DNA of 59,801 bases from Thermoplasmata archaeon (GCA_035502055.1 DATJVB010000036.1:1-59801), one strand, 5' to 3'; shown: positions 8,698 to 18,596, numbered from the stretch's first letter. The notes: generated by a model not told the origin, from the letters alone. A program made the numbers and translations.

Positions 8698-9693
8698 CTA
8701 TTGAGATTCCGTAGGTGCGTGGGCAGGGCGGGAGACGTCCTCGGAGGTGGTGGCCGCCGTCCCCCCCGGGGGTCGGCGGCGACCCGCGCGCCGGTAGGCC
8801 GCCACGGCCCCGAGGGCCGCGAGCGAGGCGACCGCGATCAGCGAGAGATACAGCACCGGTCCCTGGAACCAGGATCCGCCGGACGACGATGCGGCCGGAC
8901 TCCCGGTGACCGTGAGGTTCGTCGAGGCGTACGTGAAGGAACCGAACCCGTCGGTAACCTGCACGCGGACGATGAACGCGCCGGGCGCCTGAGGGACGCA
9001 GGTGAGGTCGGTCTGGTTGAAGCCCGCGCAGCCCGGCGGGAGGTCGAAGAAGAAGTACGAGAGCGAGAACGTCGGTGTCGAGCTCTGGGATTCGGCGACG
9101 ACGTGGAGGACCGTCGGGTGGTCCTCGGCGACGGTGGCCGGCTCGGCGACGAACTCCGTGATGAGGGGGGGCGAGCCCCGGCCGGTCGTCACGGTGAGGT
9201 TCGCCGAGGCGGTGGCGACCTCCCCGACCGCGTCCGTCACCTGGACGTCGACGACGTAGGTGCCGGTGGACGACGGGCTGCAGGGAAACGCGGACTTGTT
9301 CTCGCTGGAGCATCCGAACGGGAGGTTCCGGTAGGCGAACGTGATCGGAGGGGTCCCGCCGGTGATGTTCACCGTGACGTTCGTCGCGGAGGCGACCACG
9401 ACGGTCGCCGGCGAGATCGTGAACGAGCGGATCGCGAGCGCCGAGGAGTCGGCCGGGCGCAGGTTCATCCGCGAGTCCGCCGCGGGGGACCTTCCGAGCG
9501 CCGTTCCGTCGGGACTCGCGGCCGGCGACTTCCCCGCGCCATGAAGCGGGCCGGCCGGCGCCGGCCGGGCGGCGGTCGCCGCGAGGGACGAGGCGACGAG
9601 GAGGATCACGAGGAGGAATGCCGTGGGGGGAAGCAGCCGCTCGGGAAGCGAACGGTGCTCGCGCCCACGCGTCCTTCCCCGACCCTGCGGCAT
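8698..9693 (-). CDS. Surface protein with two Ig-like repeats and a C-terminal TM anchor
   Basis: This is track ORF 8698..9813. The likely start is ATG at 9693 (MPQGRG..), ahead of the signal/TM segment LLPPTAFLLVILLVASSLAATA. Two repeats have the form GG.PP..F.Y..LP.GC....C.P...G.Y.V.VQVTD..G....A.NLTV. There are many NxT/S sequons. The C-terminal TM is followed by an Arg-rich tail. Confidence 0.7.
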   Translation of the reverse strand: MPQGRGRTRGREHRSLPERLLPPTAFLLVILLVASSLAATAARPAPAGPLHGAGKSPAASPDGTALGRSPAADSRMNLRPADSSALAIRSFTISPATVVVASATNVTVNITGGTPPITFAYRNLPFGCSSENKSAFPCSPSSTGTYVVDVQVTDAVGEVATASANLTVTTGRGSPPLITEFVAEPATVAEDHPTVLHVVAESQSSTPTFSLSYFFFDLPPGCAGFNQTDLTCVPQAPGAFIVRVQVTDGFGSFTYASTNLTVTGSPAASSSGGSWFQGPVLYLSLIAVASLAALGAVAAYRRAGRRRPPGGTAATTSEDVSRPAHAPTESQ

Positions 9694-10097
9694 TCGCGGA
9701 GCGGGTGCCCTTCCCCGGATCGGGTCGCGGGTCCGGGTGTCGGGCCCCGGCCGGGCGAACGCCGTCCACGTCCTTGCGAACGGTGCGACCTTTCCCGCCG
9801 CTCTCGGGGACATCCGGGGGTTGGTGAGCCTCCCGGCGTGCGCAGACGGTCGCCTCGGCTTCTAGACGCGCCCCATATTCTCCGTAGCCGTCCGGGGCGG
9901 ACCGGACCCCGGGAGGGGCCTTCGGCGGGCGGAGGTCGGGGAGGACTGCGGTCGGATCGCGCCGGCCCACCCCGCACCCCCCGCCGGATGCTCCGGTCCT
10001 CCGATGCGGGCGATGCCCTCGTAGTTCCCCATAGACTCCGGGCCGAAGCTACATGCCGCTCCCGACGGGTGGCCCGGGGTCGGCGGTGCCCTAGGCG

Positions 10098-10970
10098 GTG
10101 GTTCGCGTGGGTTCTCTCCCCCTGGCGGTCCGTTTCGTGCTCGTCGGGGCGGCGGTGGTGGCGGTCGCGTTGGGGCTCGCGGGACTCGCCCCGCTGCCCG
10201 TCTCCGCGCCGTCGCCTTCCGTGTCCGCTCCGTCGACGTGGGAGAGCCCGAGCGCGGCTCCGCCCCGGGCGGGTCCCCCTCTCGATCCCCCGCCAGCGGC
10301 CGCCGCCGGTGACGGTCCCCGCGGAGTGACGAGCGACGTCGCGTCCCCCGTCTCGGTCTCGGCCACGCCGTCGAGCACCGAGCAGCTGCTCCCGGTGGCG
10401 TTCGCCGCGCACATCTCCGCCTCCGGTCCGTTCGTCTACGTCTGGGACTTCGGCGATGGGACGACGAGCGCCGACGCCGCTCCGGCGCACTCGTACATCG
10501 CGCCGGGGACGTTCACCACCGTCCTCCACGTGATCGGACCGAACGACACGATCGTCGGAAACGCCACGGTCTCGGTGGTCGTCGCGCCCATCCTGATCGC
10601 CGTGGGGCCCAACCTGCCGCTGGAAGGCAGCGTGGGCCAGACGTTCCACTTCTCGATCGACGTGTACCAAGGGGTGCCTCCGTACACCTTCTTCTGGGAG
10701 TTCGGGGACCTCAACACGAGCCACGTGCAGAACGCCACCCATGCCTACCGGCTACCGGGCTCGTACACGGCGACCGTGTGGGTCAACGATAGCGTGGGCG
10801 GCCAGAACATCCAGACCGTCTCCGTCGTCATTCCTCGGTCCACGCCTTCGGGATCGGGAGGCAGCCCGAGCGGAGGCTCGATCCCGTACGCGTGGATCGG
10901 CGCCGGGGTCGCCATCGTGGCGTTGGTCACCGGGGCCGGCCTGTGGCTCACCCGAGAACCCAAGCCCTAG
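10098..10970 (+). CDS. PKD-domain surface protein with a C-terminal TM anchor
   Basis: 290 aa with a signal peptide. Two PKD signatures are present (YVWDFGDGTTSADAAPAHSYIAPGTFTTVLHV and FFWEFGDLNTSHVQNATHAYRLPGSYTATVWVND). The C-terminal TM is WIGAGVAIVALVTGAGLWL. Confidence 0.8.
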   Translation: MVRVGSLPLAVRFVLVGAAVVAVALGLAGLAPLPVSAPSPSVSAPSTWESPSAAPPRAGPPLDPPPAAAAGDGPRGVTSDVASPVSVSATPSSTEQLLPVAFAAHISASGPFVYVWDFGDGTTSADAAPAHSYIAPGTFTTVLHVIGPNDTIVGNATVSVVVAPILIAVGPNLPLEGSVGQTFHFSIDVYQGVPPYTFFWEFGDLNTSHVQNATHAYRLPGSYTATVWVNDSVGGQNIQTVSVVIPRSTPSGSGGSPSGGSIPYAWIGAGVAIVALVTGAGLWLTREPKP

Positions 10971-11418
10971 CGACGGACCTTTCCGGTCGATCCGCCGGCA
11001 CCCCCGCTCCCCGCCGGCAGGGCCCCCCCGCGCCCCGGGGCGCCTCGGAGCTACTTCCGAGGTCCCGAGTCGGACTCCCGGGACCCCGGGTAAGCGAGAT
11101 AGAGGCGGGGGTGGGAGAAGGCGCGGTTGGCCCCACCCGGAGGGGTCGCCCGGTCGTTGGGTCTATCTCCCCCCGAAGCGTCGACCCAACGTTCCTGCCC
11201 GATATCGCGCAGGTCCGAGCGTGATCCTCTGGTTCTCCGCGCCCCCGAACGGTCGATGCCGGGCGACAGTATCTAGGTCGCCCTCGTACTCTCTGGTGAC
11301 CTATGGACGACTCCGCACTATCGGATGGGGACCGGGCGTCCCGCCCGCCCGAGGGTCCATCCTCCTCGGGAGCGGTCCCGTTCCTTCGATCGACGACCGC
11401 GGGTAGGCCGGCGGGTCC

Positions 11419-12087
11419 ATGACCACCGTCCGGACCGTGGCCGCCCACGAGGTCGTCCGGGCGACGTACCCCCGGCCCGAGGTGACGGAGCGGGACGAGC
11501 TGGGCATGGCCGTCGGGAAGGCGATCGACCACGCGCTCTCCCGCTACGCGAACGATGCCTCGCGCGGCCTGCGCCCGACGGCGGCGTCGACGCGGAGGAT
11601 CGCGGCCGAGGCGCTCGACGAGGAGCTGCGCGATATCGACCTCCGCCCGCCCGCCGCGGAACTCGACCGGATCCAGGCCCAGATCGGAGCCGTGATCGCC
11701 GCGTTCCGGAAGAGCCCCCTCTACGGGCTGCGGCGCCCCCAGAGCCGGCTCGTCCTGATCGGCGCCGAGGCGGGCGTGTACGCCCAGCCCGACTACTGGG
11801 ACGGCCGCTCGCGCTTCTTCGAGATGAAGAGCTACCGGGCGGTTCCCGCGCCGCCGGACGTCCGGCTGCAGCTGAGCCTGTTCCAACTCGCGTTCCCCGG
11901 CTTCGAGGCGCACCTCGTCTGCCTCAACCGGCACGCCGTCCCGGTAGAGGTGCTCGACGAGCGGATACCGCCGTTGTCGGAGGAGGAGGGCCGCGCCGTG
12001 TTGGACCGGGCCCGCGCGGTCGCGCTCGACGCGGGGGTCGAGAAGGTCCTCGAGTACGTCTCCAACCCGATCGTGCGGTACGCCTGA
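11419..12087 (+). CDS. Hypothetical protein, possible PD-(D/E)xK nuclease fold
   Basis: 222 aa with good GC3 coding signal. QPDYWDGRSRFFEMKSY fits PD..(D/E)xK. I recognise no other domain. Confidence 0.45.
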   Translation: MTTVRTVAAHEVVRATYPRPEVTERDELGMAVGKAIDHALSRYANDASRGLRPTAASTRRIAAEALDEELRDIDLRPPAAELDRIQAQIGAVIAAFRKSPLYGLRRPQSRLVLIGAEAGVYAQPDYWDGRSRFFEMKSYRAVPAPPDVRLQLSLFQLAFPGFEAHLVCLNRHAVPVEVLDERIPPLSEEEGRAVLDRARAVALDAGVEKVLEYVSNPIVRYA

Positions 12088-12108
12088 GCCGGGGGGCCCT
12101 CCCGGGGG

Positions 12109-13293
12109 TCAGTAGGCGAGGTGTGGCGCGGCGCTGATCGTGGCGAACGGGAACCCGCCGGTAAAGTACCCTCCCGGGACCGCGTTCTGCCAGTATCCGA
12201 TCATGTCCGCCGGATCGAGCTGGGAGAACACGTGGGAGGCGTGCGGCTCGAACACGAACCGGAACCGGAAGTCGTTGGGCGCCTGCTGGTGGAGGGTCTC
12301 CATCGTCGACGAGCACGTCGGCGGCTCGCCGAGCGACAGCGCCACGTTGCACGTCGCGTTCACGAACGTGTTGTTGATGTTGAGCCAGAACGGCCAGATC
12401 GAGACGTTGTCCGGCGCCCGGAAGTCGATCCCGCCCGCGGTCACGTAGATCGGCACGTGCCGGAACACCGTCGGGTCGAAGCGGAGGGGGCTCATCGCCT
12501 CGTAGACCGGCACGAGGGCGAGGGAGCTCGCGTTGCCGGTCCCCGGAAGGACGCCGCAGAACAGCTGCGCCTTCGCCGAGAGCGACGTCGCCGCCCACGA
12601 GACGTTCGGTCCCAGCGCGAGCCGGTACGCGACGTCCTCGAACAGGTCCGTGACGGGCGCGATGATCCCGATTCCGCTGAAGATCGGGTGCGCGGCGGCG
12701 AACGAGAGCGTCCCCTCGGTCCCCATGCTCATCCCGAAGAGATAGAGCCGCGAGATGTGGCGGAGCGACCGCTCGTGCTGGATCGCATCGAGCACGTCCT
12801 GCTGCTGCGGACCGCCGCACGGGCTGTTGATGTACCACCCGGAGCCCGACCGGCTGTTGAGCGCGATGAGGATGAACCCCTGGGCGGAGGCGGTGTTGAC
12901 GAGTCCCCGTACGGTGGTCCCGACCGGACTGGTCGCGTTGAGGTAGGACACGATGTCCGTGTCGAGCCCGCCCGGGATCCACGTCCCGTTCGTGTTCTCC
13001 TGGCCGTGAAGGTAGATGATCAGCGGGTACGTCCGGGACGCGTTGTACCCCGCCGGGAGCCACTCGTAGTAGGAGAGGTTCCAGCCGTCGACGCTGCTCG
13101 CGTAGGCGATCTTCGGCGGAAGCGCCGAGGCGCCGGGGGCCGGGGTCCCCCGCGCGGACGGAGGGCCCGACGGGAGGGCGCCGACGGCGGGAAGGACGAG
13201 GAGGAGAAGGATCGGCCCGAGGGCGTACAGGCCGTGCCGGGCGCGGGGACCGACGCGGGGGCCGGCGCGACGAGGGCGGTCCATGGAGCGCAT
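12109..13293 (-). CDS. Secreted alpha/beta hydrolase (esterase/depolymerase-like)
   Basis: 394 aa with a signal peptide (LGPILLLLVLPAVGALP). It has IIYLHGQ, a GMSMGT nucleophile elbow (GxSxG), and NxT/S sequons. Confidence 0.7.
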   Translation of the reverse strand: MRSMDRPRRAGPRVGPRARHGLYALGPILLLLVLPAVGALPSGPPSARGTPAPGASALPPKIAYASSVDGWNLSYYEWLPAGYNASRTYPLIIYLHGQENTNGTWIPGGLDTDIVSYLNATSPVGTTVRGLVNTASAQGFILIALNSRSGSGWYINSPCGGPQQQDVLDAIQHERSLRHISRLYLFGMSMGTEGTLSFAAAHPIFSGIGIIAPVTDLFEDVAYRLALGPNVSWAATSLSAKAQLFCGVLPGTGNASSLALVPVYEAMSPLRFDPTVFRHVPIYVTAGGIDFRAPDNVSIWPFWLNINNTFVNATCNVALSLGEPPTCSSTMETLHQQAPNDFRFRFVFEPHASHVFSQLDPADMIGYWQNAVPGGYFTGGFPFATISAAPHLAY

Positions 13294-13498
13294 GCGTCCT
13301 CCCCGGAAGGACGAACGGCCGGAGCCGTCGGACGGTTAACCTCTCCCTCCCCGGCTCGCGGTTCGGCTCATCGGCGCGGCTCCGCGGAGATGTCTCGGCC
13401 GGCCGGGGACGCCTCCGGACGGTTGGGGCGGGACTGGGGTGGGGCAGGGGCGACGTTCGGGCCCGGCTTGGCCCCGACTCGGGTCGGCCGCTGACGTA

Positions 13499-13509
13499 GC
13501 GATATACCC
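13499..13509 (+). promoter_or_regulatory. TATA-like box (GCGATATACCC) about 30 nt upstream of the ATG at 13534
   Basis: An isolated A/T box in a GC-rich divergent intergenic region. The spacing fits a leaderless archaeal transcript. Confidence 0.4.
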
Positions 13510-13533
13510 CGACCGGCGGGTCGGCGGACCGCC

Positions 13534-14694
13534 ATGAAGGCACCACGAGGCATCTGGCTCTTGACGACCGGCCTATTGATCGGACTGATGGTCCCGGCCC
13601 TCGCGCAGGGCGCGTCGGTCGCGCCGACCGCGACCACGACCCTCGCCGGAACCGGGACGACCCCGGCCGCGAGCGCGGTGTTCACGATGACGAACAACGC
13701 GAGCGGCAACTCGGTGATCGCCTACACCGTCGGGAGCACCGGGGCGCTCTCGGCCGCCGGCACGTTCCGGACGCACGGGCTCGGCACGGGCGCGAGCCTC
13801 GCCGATCAGGGCGCGCTCGCGCTCACCGCGGATTACCGGTGGCTCCTCGTCGTCGACGGCGGCAGCAACCAGATCTCCGTCTTCCACGTGAACCCGGCGA
13901 GCCGCTACGCGCCTATCCTCTCGTTCTCGGGCCGCGTTTCGTCCGGCGGCGTGATGCCGGTCAGCCTCGCGGTCCACGGCGCCTGGGTGTACGTCCTCAA
14001 CGCGGGCAACGCGACGGTCGCCGGGAACATCGCGGGATTCCGCCTCACGGCCGCGGGTCTCGTGACGCTCCCCGGGTCCCACGAGCCGCTCAGCTCGAGC
14101 GCGCCGACGGGTCCGGCCCAGGTGTCGTTCAATCCGGCCGGCACCGTCCTCGTCGTGGCCGAGAAGGCGACGAGCCTCCTCGACAGCTACACGGTCGACT
14201 CGCACGGCATCGCGTCGGCGCCCTGGACGACGAACTCGAGCGGCAGCACCCCGTACGGGTTCGCCTTCGCCCCGTCCGGTACCCTCGTCGTGAGCGAGGC
14301 GGGCCCGGGCGCCCTCTCCTCCTACTCGGTGAGCGGGACCGGCACCATCTCGGTGATCTCCCCGACGGTCCTCGACAACCAGTCGGCCCCGTGCTGGGTC
14401 GTCCTCGCGGGCGGCGGCCGGTGGGCGTACACCACCAACGCGCACAGCGATTCGATCTCGACCTACACCCTCGCCCGGAACGGCACCCTCGTCCTCCAGG
14501 CGTCGGTGGGGGCGACGACCGGCAGCGCCCCGACGGACATGGCCGTCACGACCTCGACCGGTCGGTACGTCCTCGTCTACGACGCGGGCGCGGGACAGAT
14601 CGACGAGTTCGCCGTCGGCGCCGGTGGCACGCTCACCGCCACCACGAGCGTCTACGGCCTCCCGCTCACCTCGGAGGGCCTCGTCGCGTTCTGA
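13534..14694 (+). CDS. Secreted beta-propeller protein, lactonase (7-bladed) family-like
   Basis: 386 aa with a signal peptide (MKAPRGIWLLTTGLLIGLMVPALAQG). Blade endings recur (NQISVFHV, LLDSYTV, ALSSYSV, DSISTYTL, GQIDEFAV), which is typical of the lactonase-type propeller family. Confidence 0.65.
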   Translation: MKAPRGIWLLTTGLLIGLMVPALAQGASVAPTATTTLAGTGTTPAASAVFTMTNNASGNSVIAYTVGSTGALSAAGTFRTHGLGTGASLADQGALALTADYRWLLVVDGGSNQISVFHVNPASRYAPILSFSGRVSSGGVMPVSLAVHGAWVYVLNAGNATVAGNIAGFRLTAAGLVTLPGSHEPLSSSAPTGPAQVSFNPAGTVLVVAEKATSLLDSYTVDSHGIASAPWTTNSSGSTPYGFAFAPSGTLVVSEAGPGALSSYSVSGTGTISVISPTVLDNQSAPCWVVLAGGGRWAYTTNAHSDSISTYTLARNGTLVLQASVGATTGSAPTDMAVTTSTGRYVLVYDAGAGQIDEFAVGAGGTLTATTSVYGLPLTSEGLVAF

Positions 14695-14754
14695 GGGAGC
14701 CCAACCCAACTCCGGGGGGCGACCCTCATTAGGGCCGTCCCCCTCGCCCAACTG

Positions 14755-15126
14755 GTGCCGATGAACCCCGCGTTCCGGTCCCTCCTGTGGTACCTCCTCG
14801 TCGGTACCCGCGGCGGGCCGAACCGGTGCCGCATCGTCGAACTCCTTCACCGGTCTCCCGCGAACGCGCACCAGGTCGCGAGCGCCCTCGAGCTCGACTA
14901 CCGAACGGTGCGCCACCACCTCCGGCTCCTGGAGCAGAACCAGGTCGTCACGCGGTCGGTCCCGGGCGCGTACGCCCCCCCGTACGAGCTCTCCCCGTAT
15001 CTCGCGGAGCAGTTCGAGGCGGTGGCCGAACTGATCCACCCCCCCGCGCCGGCGCCGGAGCGGCGCCGGCGGAGCCCCGCTCCGGCGCCTGGATGGGGGA
15101 CCCGGTCCGCCATCGGGGGTCCGTGA
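14755..15126 (+). CDS. ArsR-family winged-helix transcriptional regulator
   Basis: 123 aa. GGPNRCRIVELLHRSPANAHQVASALELDYRTVRHHLRLLEQNQVV is a classic ArsR/SmtB wHTH. An alternative ATG lies at 14761. Confidence 0.8.
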   Translation: MPMNPAFRSLLWYLLVGTRGGPNRCRIVELLHRSPANAHQVASALELDYRTVRHHLRLLEQNQVVTRSVPGAYAPPYELSPYLAEQFEAVAELIHPPAPAPERRRRSPAPAPGWGTRSAIGGP

Positions 15127-15410
15127 CCAGCCTCCTCATGGAGGCGAGCATCGTCGTCGGCGTGGCGAGCATCCTGCTCGCCGGCGGCCTGTTCGTCCTC
15201 TACCGGCGCCTCTACGCGGAGAACCGGAGCCGGTTCGGCCTCGCCCTGCTCGTCTTCGCGGGGGCGTTCGTCGCCCAGAGCGCCCTCACCGTCTATTCGT
15301 TCCTCTCCGCGATGCCGATCATCCCGGAGGCGTTCGTGCCGTTCCTGTTCGGCATCGGGCTGTGCGAGGCGACGGGCCTCGCCGCGATGGTCTGGACCGC
15401 CTCGCGGTGA
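15123..15410 (+). CDS. Small membrane protein coupled to the ArsR regulator
   Basis: It lies in frame within track ORF 14787..15410. GTG at 15123 overlaps the ArsR stop (GTGA); an alternative ATG lies at 15138. Three hydrophobic helices are present (IVVGVASILLAGGLFVL, LALLVFAGAFVAQSALTV, FLFGIGLCEATGLAAMVW). Confidence 0.55.
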   Translation: MTSLLMEASIVVGVASILLAGGLFVLYRRLYAENRSRFGLALLVFAGAFVAQSALTVYSFLSAMPIIPEAFVPFLFGIGLCEATGLAAMVWTASR

Positions 15411-15503
15411 TCCTCTCCCTCTGCGGACGTCCGATTTCGTCCCCCCCGATCCCCGTCCGGGACACTCGGACAGGGGGCGCTCTGTCAGCGTAGGCGGGCG
15501 TCC

Positions 15504-18500
15504 ATGAGCATCGGCGATCGCCGGACGGGCGGCGCTCCCCTTGCTGACGAGAGACGCGTGCCACACCGTAGCAACCCTAAAAGTGTCGGCCGCCGTGGAG
15601 GTCGCGTGCGGCGGGGGCGCTCCATCTTCTCGCTTGCCCTTCTCGCGGCGGCCGTCGCCGGCACAATCTTGGGATCCGCCGCCCCGTCGTTCGCGCACGG
15701 CGCGGGGATCCCGGCCGCGCCCCACGCGGCGGCCGGATTGATGGCGAGGGCCCGCAACGCCCCGGCGTCGTTCGCGCCCGCCGCCGGGCCGGCGGCTCCG
15801 GCGGACGCGGCGGGCTCGGGTCCGACCGGAGCGGCTCCCGGGGATTGGCCGACGCTCTTCCGAGATGGTAGCCGCACTAGCTTCGATCCCGACGAGAGCG
15901 TCCTCGCTCCGGCGAACGTAAGCGCCCTCCGCCTCCAATGGTCGAGCGACAGCCAGCGTCTCGGCGACCCGTGGTTCGACAGCTTCTTCCTGGGCGCCCC
16001 GATCATTGCGGACGGCCGAGGATACCTCACCACCCAGCTCGGGTACCTGGCGGCGTTCGACGCCGCGACAGGGGCCCCGATCTGGAATTTCTCGCTCTAC
16101 CACACCGGCGCCAAGAGCCACGGGATTGGACCGGACTGGCTCGTGTACGCGGGTTCCGCCGGCGTGCCGACGTACTGGAACGGGACGGTCTACGTCTCAG
16201 GCCCGACGCCGGGCCTGTTCGCCATCAACGCTTCGACCGGATCGGTCCTCTGGTGGCTCGACCTCGGCAACCTCACCGGGGCGACCACCCCCTGGGGGTT
16301 GTACGCCGCGAGCTGGTCCAGCCCGCTCGTCTTCGATGGGTCGATCTTCGTCGGGCTCACGAACCAGAGCGGGTCGGGGAAGCTCGTCCGGGGGGCGGTG
16401 GTCCAGATCGATCTCGCGACCCATGCGATCGAGCACGTCTTCTGGACGACCCCCGCCGGGACGGTCGGCGCGGGCGTCTGGGCCCCGCTCACCGCCGATG
16501 CCGCGGACGCGGCGGTGTGGGCGACGACCGGACCGTCGACGAACGGCTCCGTCGGCCTCCCCGGCTCTATCCTGGAGTTGAGCGCGTCCAACGTCTCCAC
16601 CCTCCTCGCGTCGGTCGCGGCGTCGACCTCCTCGGTCGGTTTCACGCGCAACGACGGGGTCGTCCTGACCCAATCGTCGACGGGCGTTCCGATGGTCGTC
16701 GCCGGCGATGCGGACGGCCACGTCGCCGCGTTCGATCGGAGCGCCCTCCGGGGCGACTCGCCTCCGGCCCCCGCGTGGACGCTCAACCTCTCCGCCGTCG
16801 AGACGAGCTCGCCCTCCTACGACGGCTCGACCCTCTGCATCGGCACCGCCGACGGCACCCTGTACGGCGACGGAGCCGGGAACCTGCGGTGCGTCGACCC
16901 GTCGACCGGGGCCGCCCGGTGGTTCGTCAACGGGTCGTCCGGGTGGTCCGGCTCGGCGATCGCGAACGGGCTCGTGTTCGGACCGAATCCCGCCGCCTTC
17001 CTCGAGGGGAACGGGACGAAGGCGGCGGACCTCTCCTGGACCACGGGAGGCACGGCCGAGTGGGACGGCGGGTTCTCGCCCGTGGTCGCGCAGGGGTTCG
17101 TCTACAGCGTCGCCGGTAACTGGGTGTCGGCGTACGACCTGCCGCTCATCGCGGGGAACGTCACCGTGAAGCAGATCCCAGATCCGGAGAGCGAGTACAG
17201 CTTCTCGACCTCGGCGACCGGCGGCGCCCCGACGTACACGTTTTGGTGGGACTTCGGCGACGGGACCACGGCCGTCGGCCCCACGGTCTCCCACGCCTAC
17301 TCCGCCGCGGGAGAGTACAACGTGACCCTGCAGGTGGAGGACGCCGCGGGGACCAGCGTCACCCAACTGCTCACCGTCCACGCCGACGTGCCCCTCGTCG
17401 GGTCCGGGCTCCTCCAGCCCGACCCGGTCCAGATCGGGGAGCCGGCCTGGATCAACCTCTCGGCGTCGGGGCCCGCGGGTCCGTACGCGATCACCTGGCT
17501 CGACCTGCCGCCGGACCTCAATCCCGACGTCCCGAGCCCGACCTCGATGTTCTTCGCGCCGACGATCGAGGGGCAGTACGACATCGTGGCGGAGGTCGCG
17601 GCTCCGTCGGGAGAGGTGACCGACATCGACTTCCCGACGCTCTGGGTCGACGGGCCGGGGTCGGTCGGCGTGGTCGCCACCCCGGCCGTCGGGACCATTC
17701 CGCTCGCGGTGGCGTTCCACGCCGATAGCTCCCTCGCGGGCTTCAACGCCTCCTACGCCTGGACGTTCGGGGACGGCGCGTCGTCGGCCCTTCCGGCCCC
17801 GACCCACACGTTCGTCGACGTGGGCCGGTACTTCGTCCACCTCGTGGTGACGTATCCCGGGGGGACGAGCGCCGACGCCGAGACGGCGATCACGACAGCG
17901 CGCCCGTTCTCGCTGTCGGCTCCCCCGTTCGTGGACGTCGACGTCGGCCTCGGGTCGACCGTGTCGGTCGACGCGGCCGGGGGCCTCGGGCCGTACACGA
18001 CCGTCTGGACCGGACTCCCGCCGGGATGCCCCGCGGCCGACGCGACCCAGATCGTGTGCCACGCGACGGTCCCCGGCGCGTACCGGGTGCAGGTCAAGGT
18101 GACCGACCCGGCCGCCGGGGCCCACGCGGTCGCCTTCTGGCTCCAGGTCCACGGGGCGCTCGCGGCGGCCCCCGCGGTCGTCGCGCGATCGATCGGAGCC
18201 TGCGGACCGACCGGCGCGACGGAGGAGTTCGAGCTCGAGGCGTCGATCTCGGGCGGCTGGGGACCGTACGGTATCGAGTGGATCGGGCCCGACGGCCGGA
18301 CGTCGGACGCGCCGGTCACCTTCTGGAACGTCTCCGCGCACGCGTCGGCCACCGTCGGCGCGACGACCATCGACCTCTTGGGCGACATCGCGAGCGGATC
18401 GATCACCCTCACCGGTTCCACGGGGAGCTGCGTCGCCGGTGCGGCGGAGGTCCCCTCGTCCTCCGCCGTGACCCCGCTCGACCTCCTCGGCGCGGGGGCG

Positions 18501-18566
18501 GCCCTGGCCGCGGCCGCCGCGCTCGCCGGGACGGTCTGGTGGACCTTCCGCCGGCCCCGCGGGTGA
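15504..18566 (+). CDS. Large surface protein: PQQ-like/BamB-type beta-propeller, PKD and Ig-like repeats, and a C-terminal TM anchor
   Basis: 1020 aa. A signal segment (IFSLALLAAAVAGTILGSAAPSFA) is followed by propeller repeats (GYLAAFDAATGAPIWNF, FAINASTGSVLWW, LRCVDPSTGAARWF). PKD signatures are present (WWDFGDGTTAVGPTVSHAYSAAGEYNVTLQVED and WTFGDGASSALPAPTHTFVDVGRYFVHLVV). Ig-like repeats with G.GPY...W.GLPPGC follow, then a terminal TM and RRPRG. The start is uncertain (internal GTGs). Confidence 0.8.
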   Translation: MSIGDRRTGGAPLADERRVPHRSNPKSVGRRGGRVRRGRSIFSLALLAAAVAGTILGSAAPSFAHGAGIPAAPHAAAGLMARARNAPASFAPAAGPAAPADAAGSGPTGAAPGDWPTLFRDGSRTSFDPDESVLAPANVSALRLQWSSDSQRLGDPWFDSFFLGAPIIADGRGYLTTQLGYLAAFDAATGAPIWNFSLYHTGAKSHGIGPDWLVYAGSAGVPTYWNGTVYVSGPTPGLFAINASTGSVLWWLDLGNLTGATTPWGLYAASWSSPLVFDGSIFVGLTNQSGSGKLVRGAVVQIDLATHAIEHVFWTTPAGTVGAGVWAPLTADAADAAVWATTGPSTNGSVGLPGSILELSASNVSTLLASVAASTSSVGFTRNDGVVLTQSSTGVPMVVAGDADGHVAAFDRSALRGDSPPAPAWTLNLSAVETSSPSYDGSTLCIGTADGTLYGDGAGNLRCVDPSTGAARWFVNGSSGWSGSAIANGLVFGPNPAAFLEGNGTKAADLSWTTGGTAEWDGGFSPVVAQGFVYSVAGNWVSAYDLPLIAGNVTVKQIPDPESEYSFSTSATGGAPTYTFWWDFGDGTTAVGPTVSHAYSAAGEYNVTLQVEDAAGTSVTQLLTVHADVPLVGSGLLQPDPVQIGEPAWINLSASGPAGPYAITWLDLPPDLNPDVPSPTSMFFAPTIEGQYDIVAEVAAPSGEVTDIDFPTLWVDGPGSVGVVATPAVGTIPLAVAFHADSSLAGFNASYAWTFGDGASSALPAPTHTFVDVGRYFVHLVVTYPGGTSADAETAITTARPFSLSAPPFVDVDVGLGSTVSVDAAGGLGPYTTVWTGLPPGCPAADATQIVCHATVPGAYRVQVKVTDPAAGAHAVAFWLQVHGALAAAPAVVARSIGACGPTGATEEFELEASISGGWGPYGIEWIGPDGRTSDAPVTFWNVSAHASATVGATTIDLLGDIASGSITLTGSTGSCVAGAAEVPSSSAVTPLDLLGAGAALAAAAALAGTVWWTFRRPRG

Positions 18567-18596
18567 CGACGCCGGCCCCCCCGGGCCGCGGCCGTC

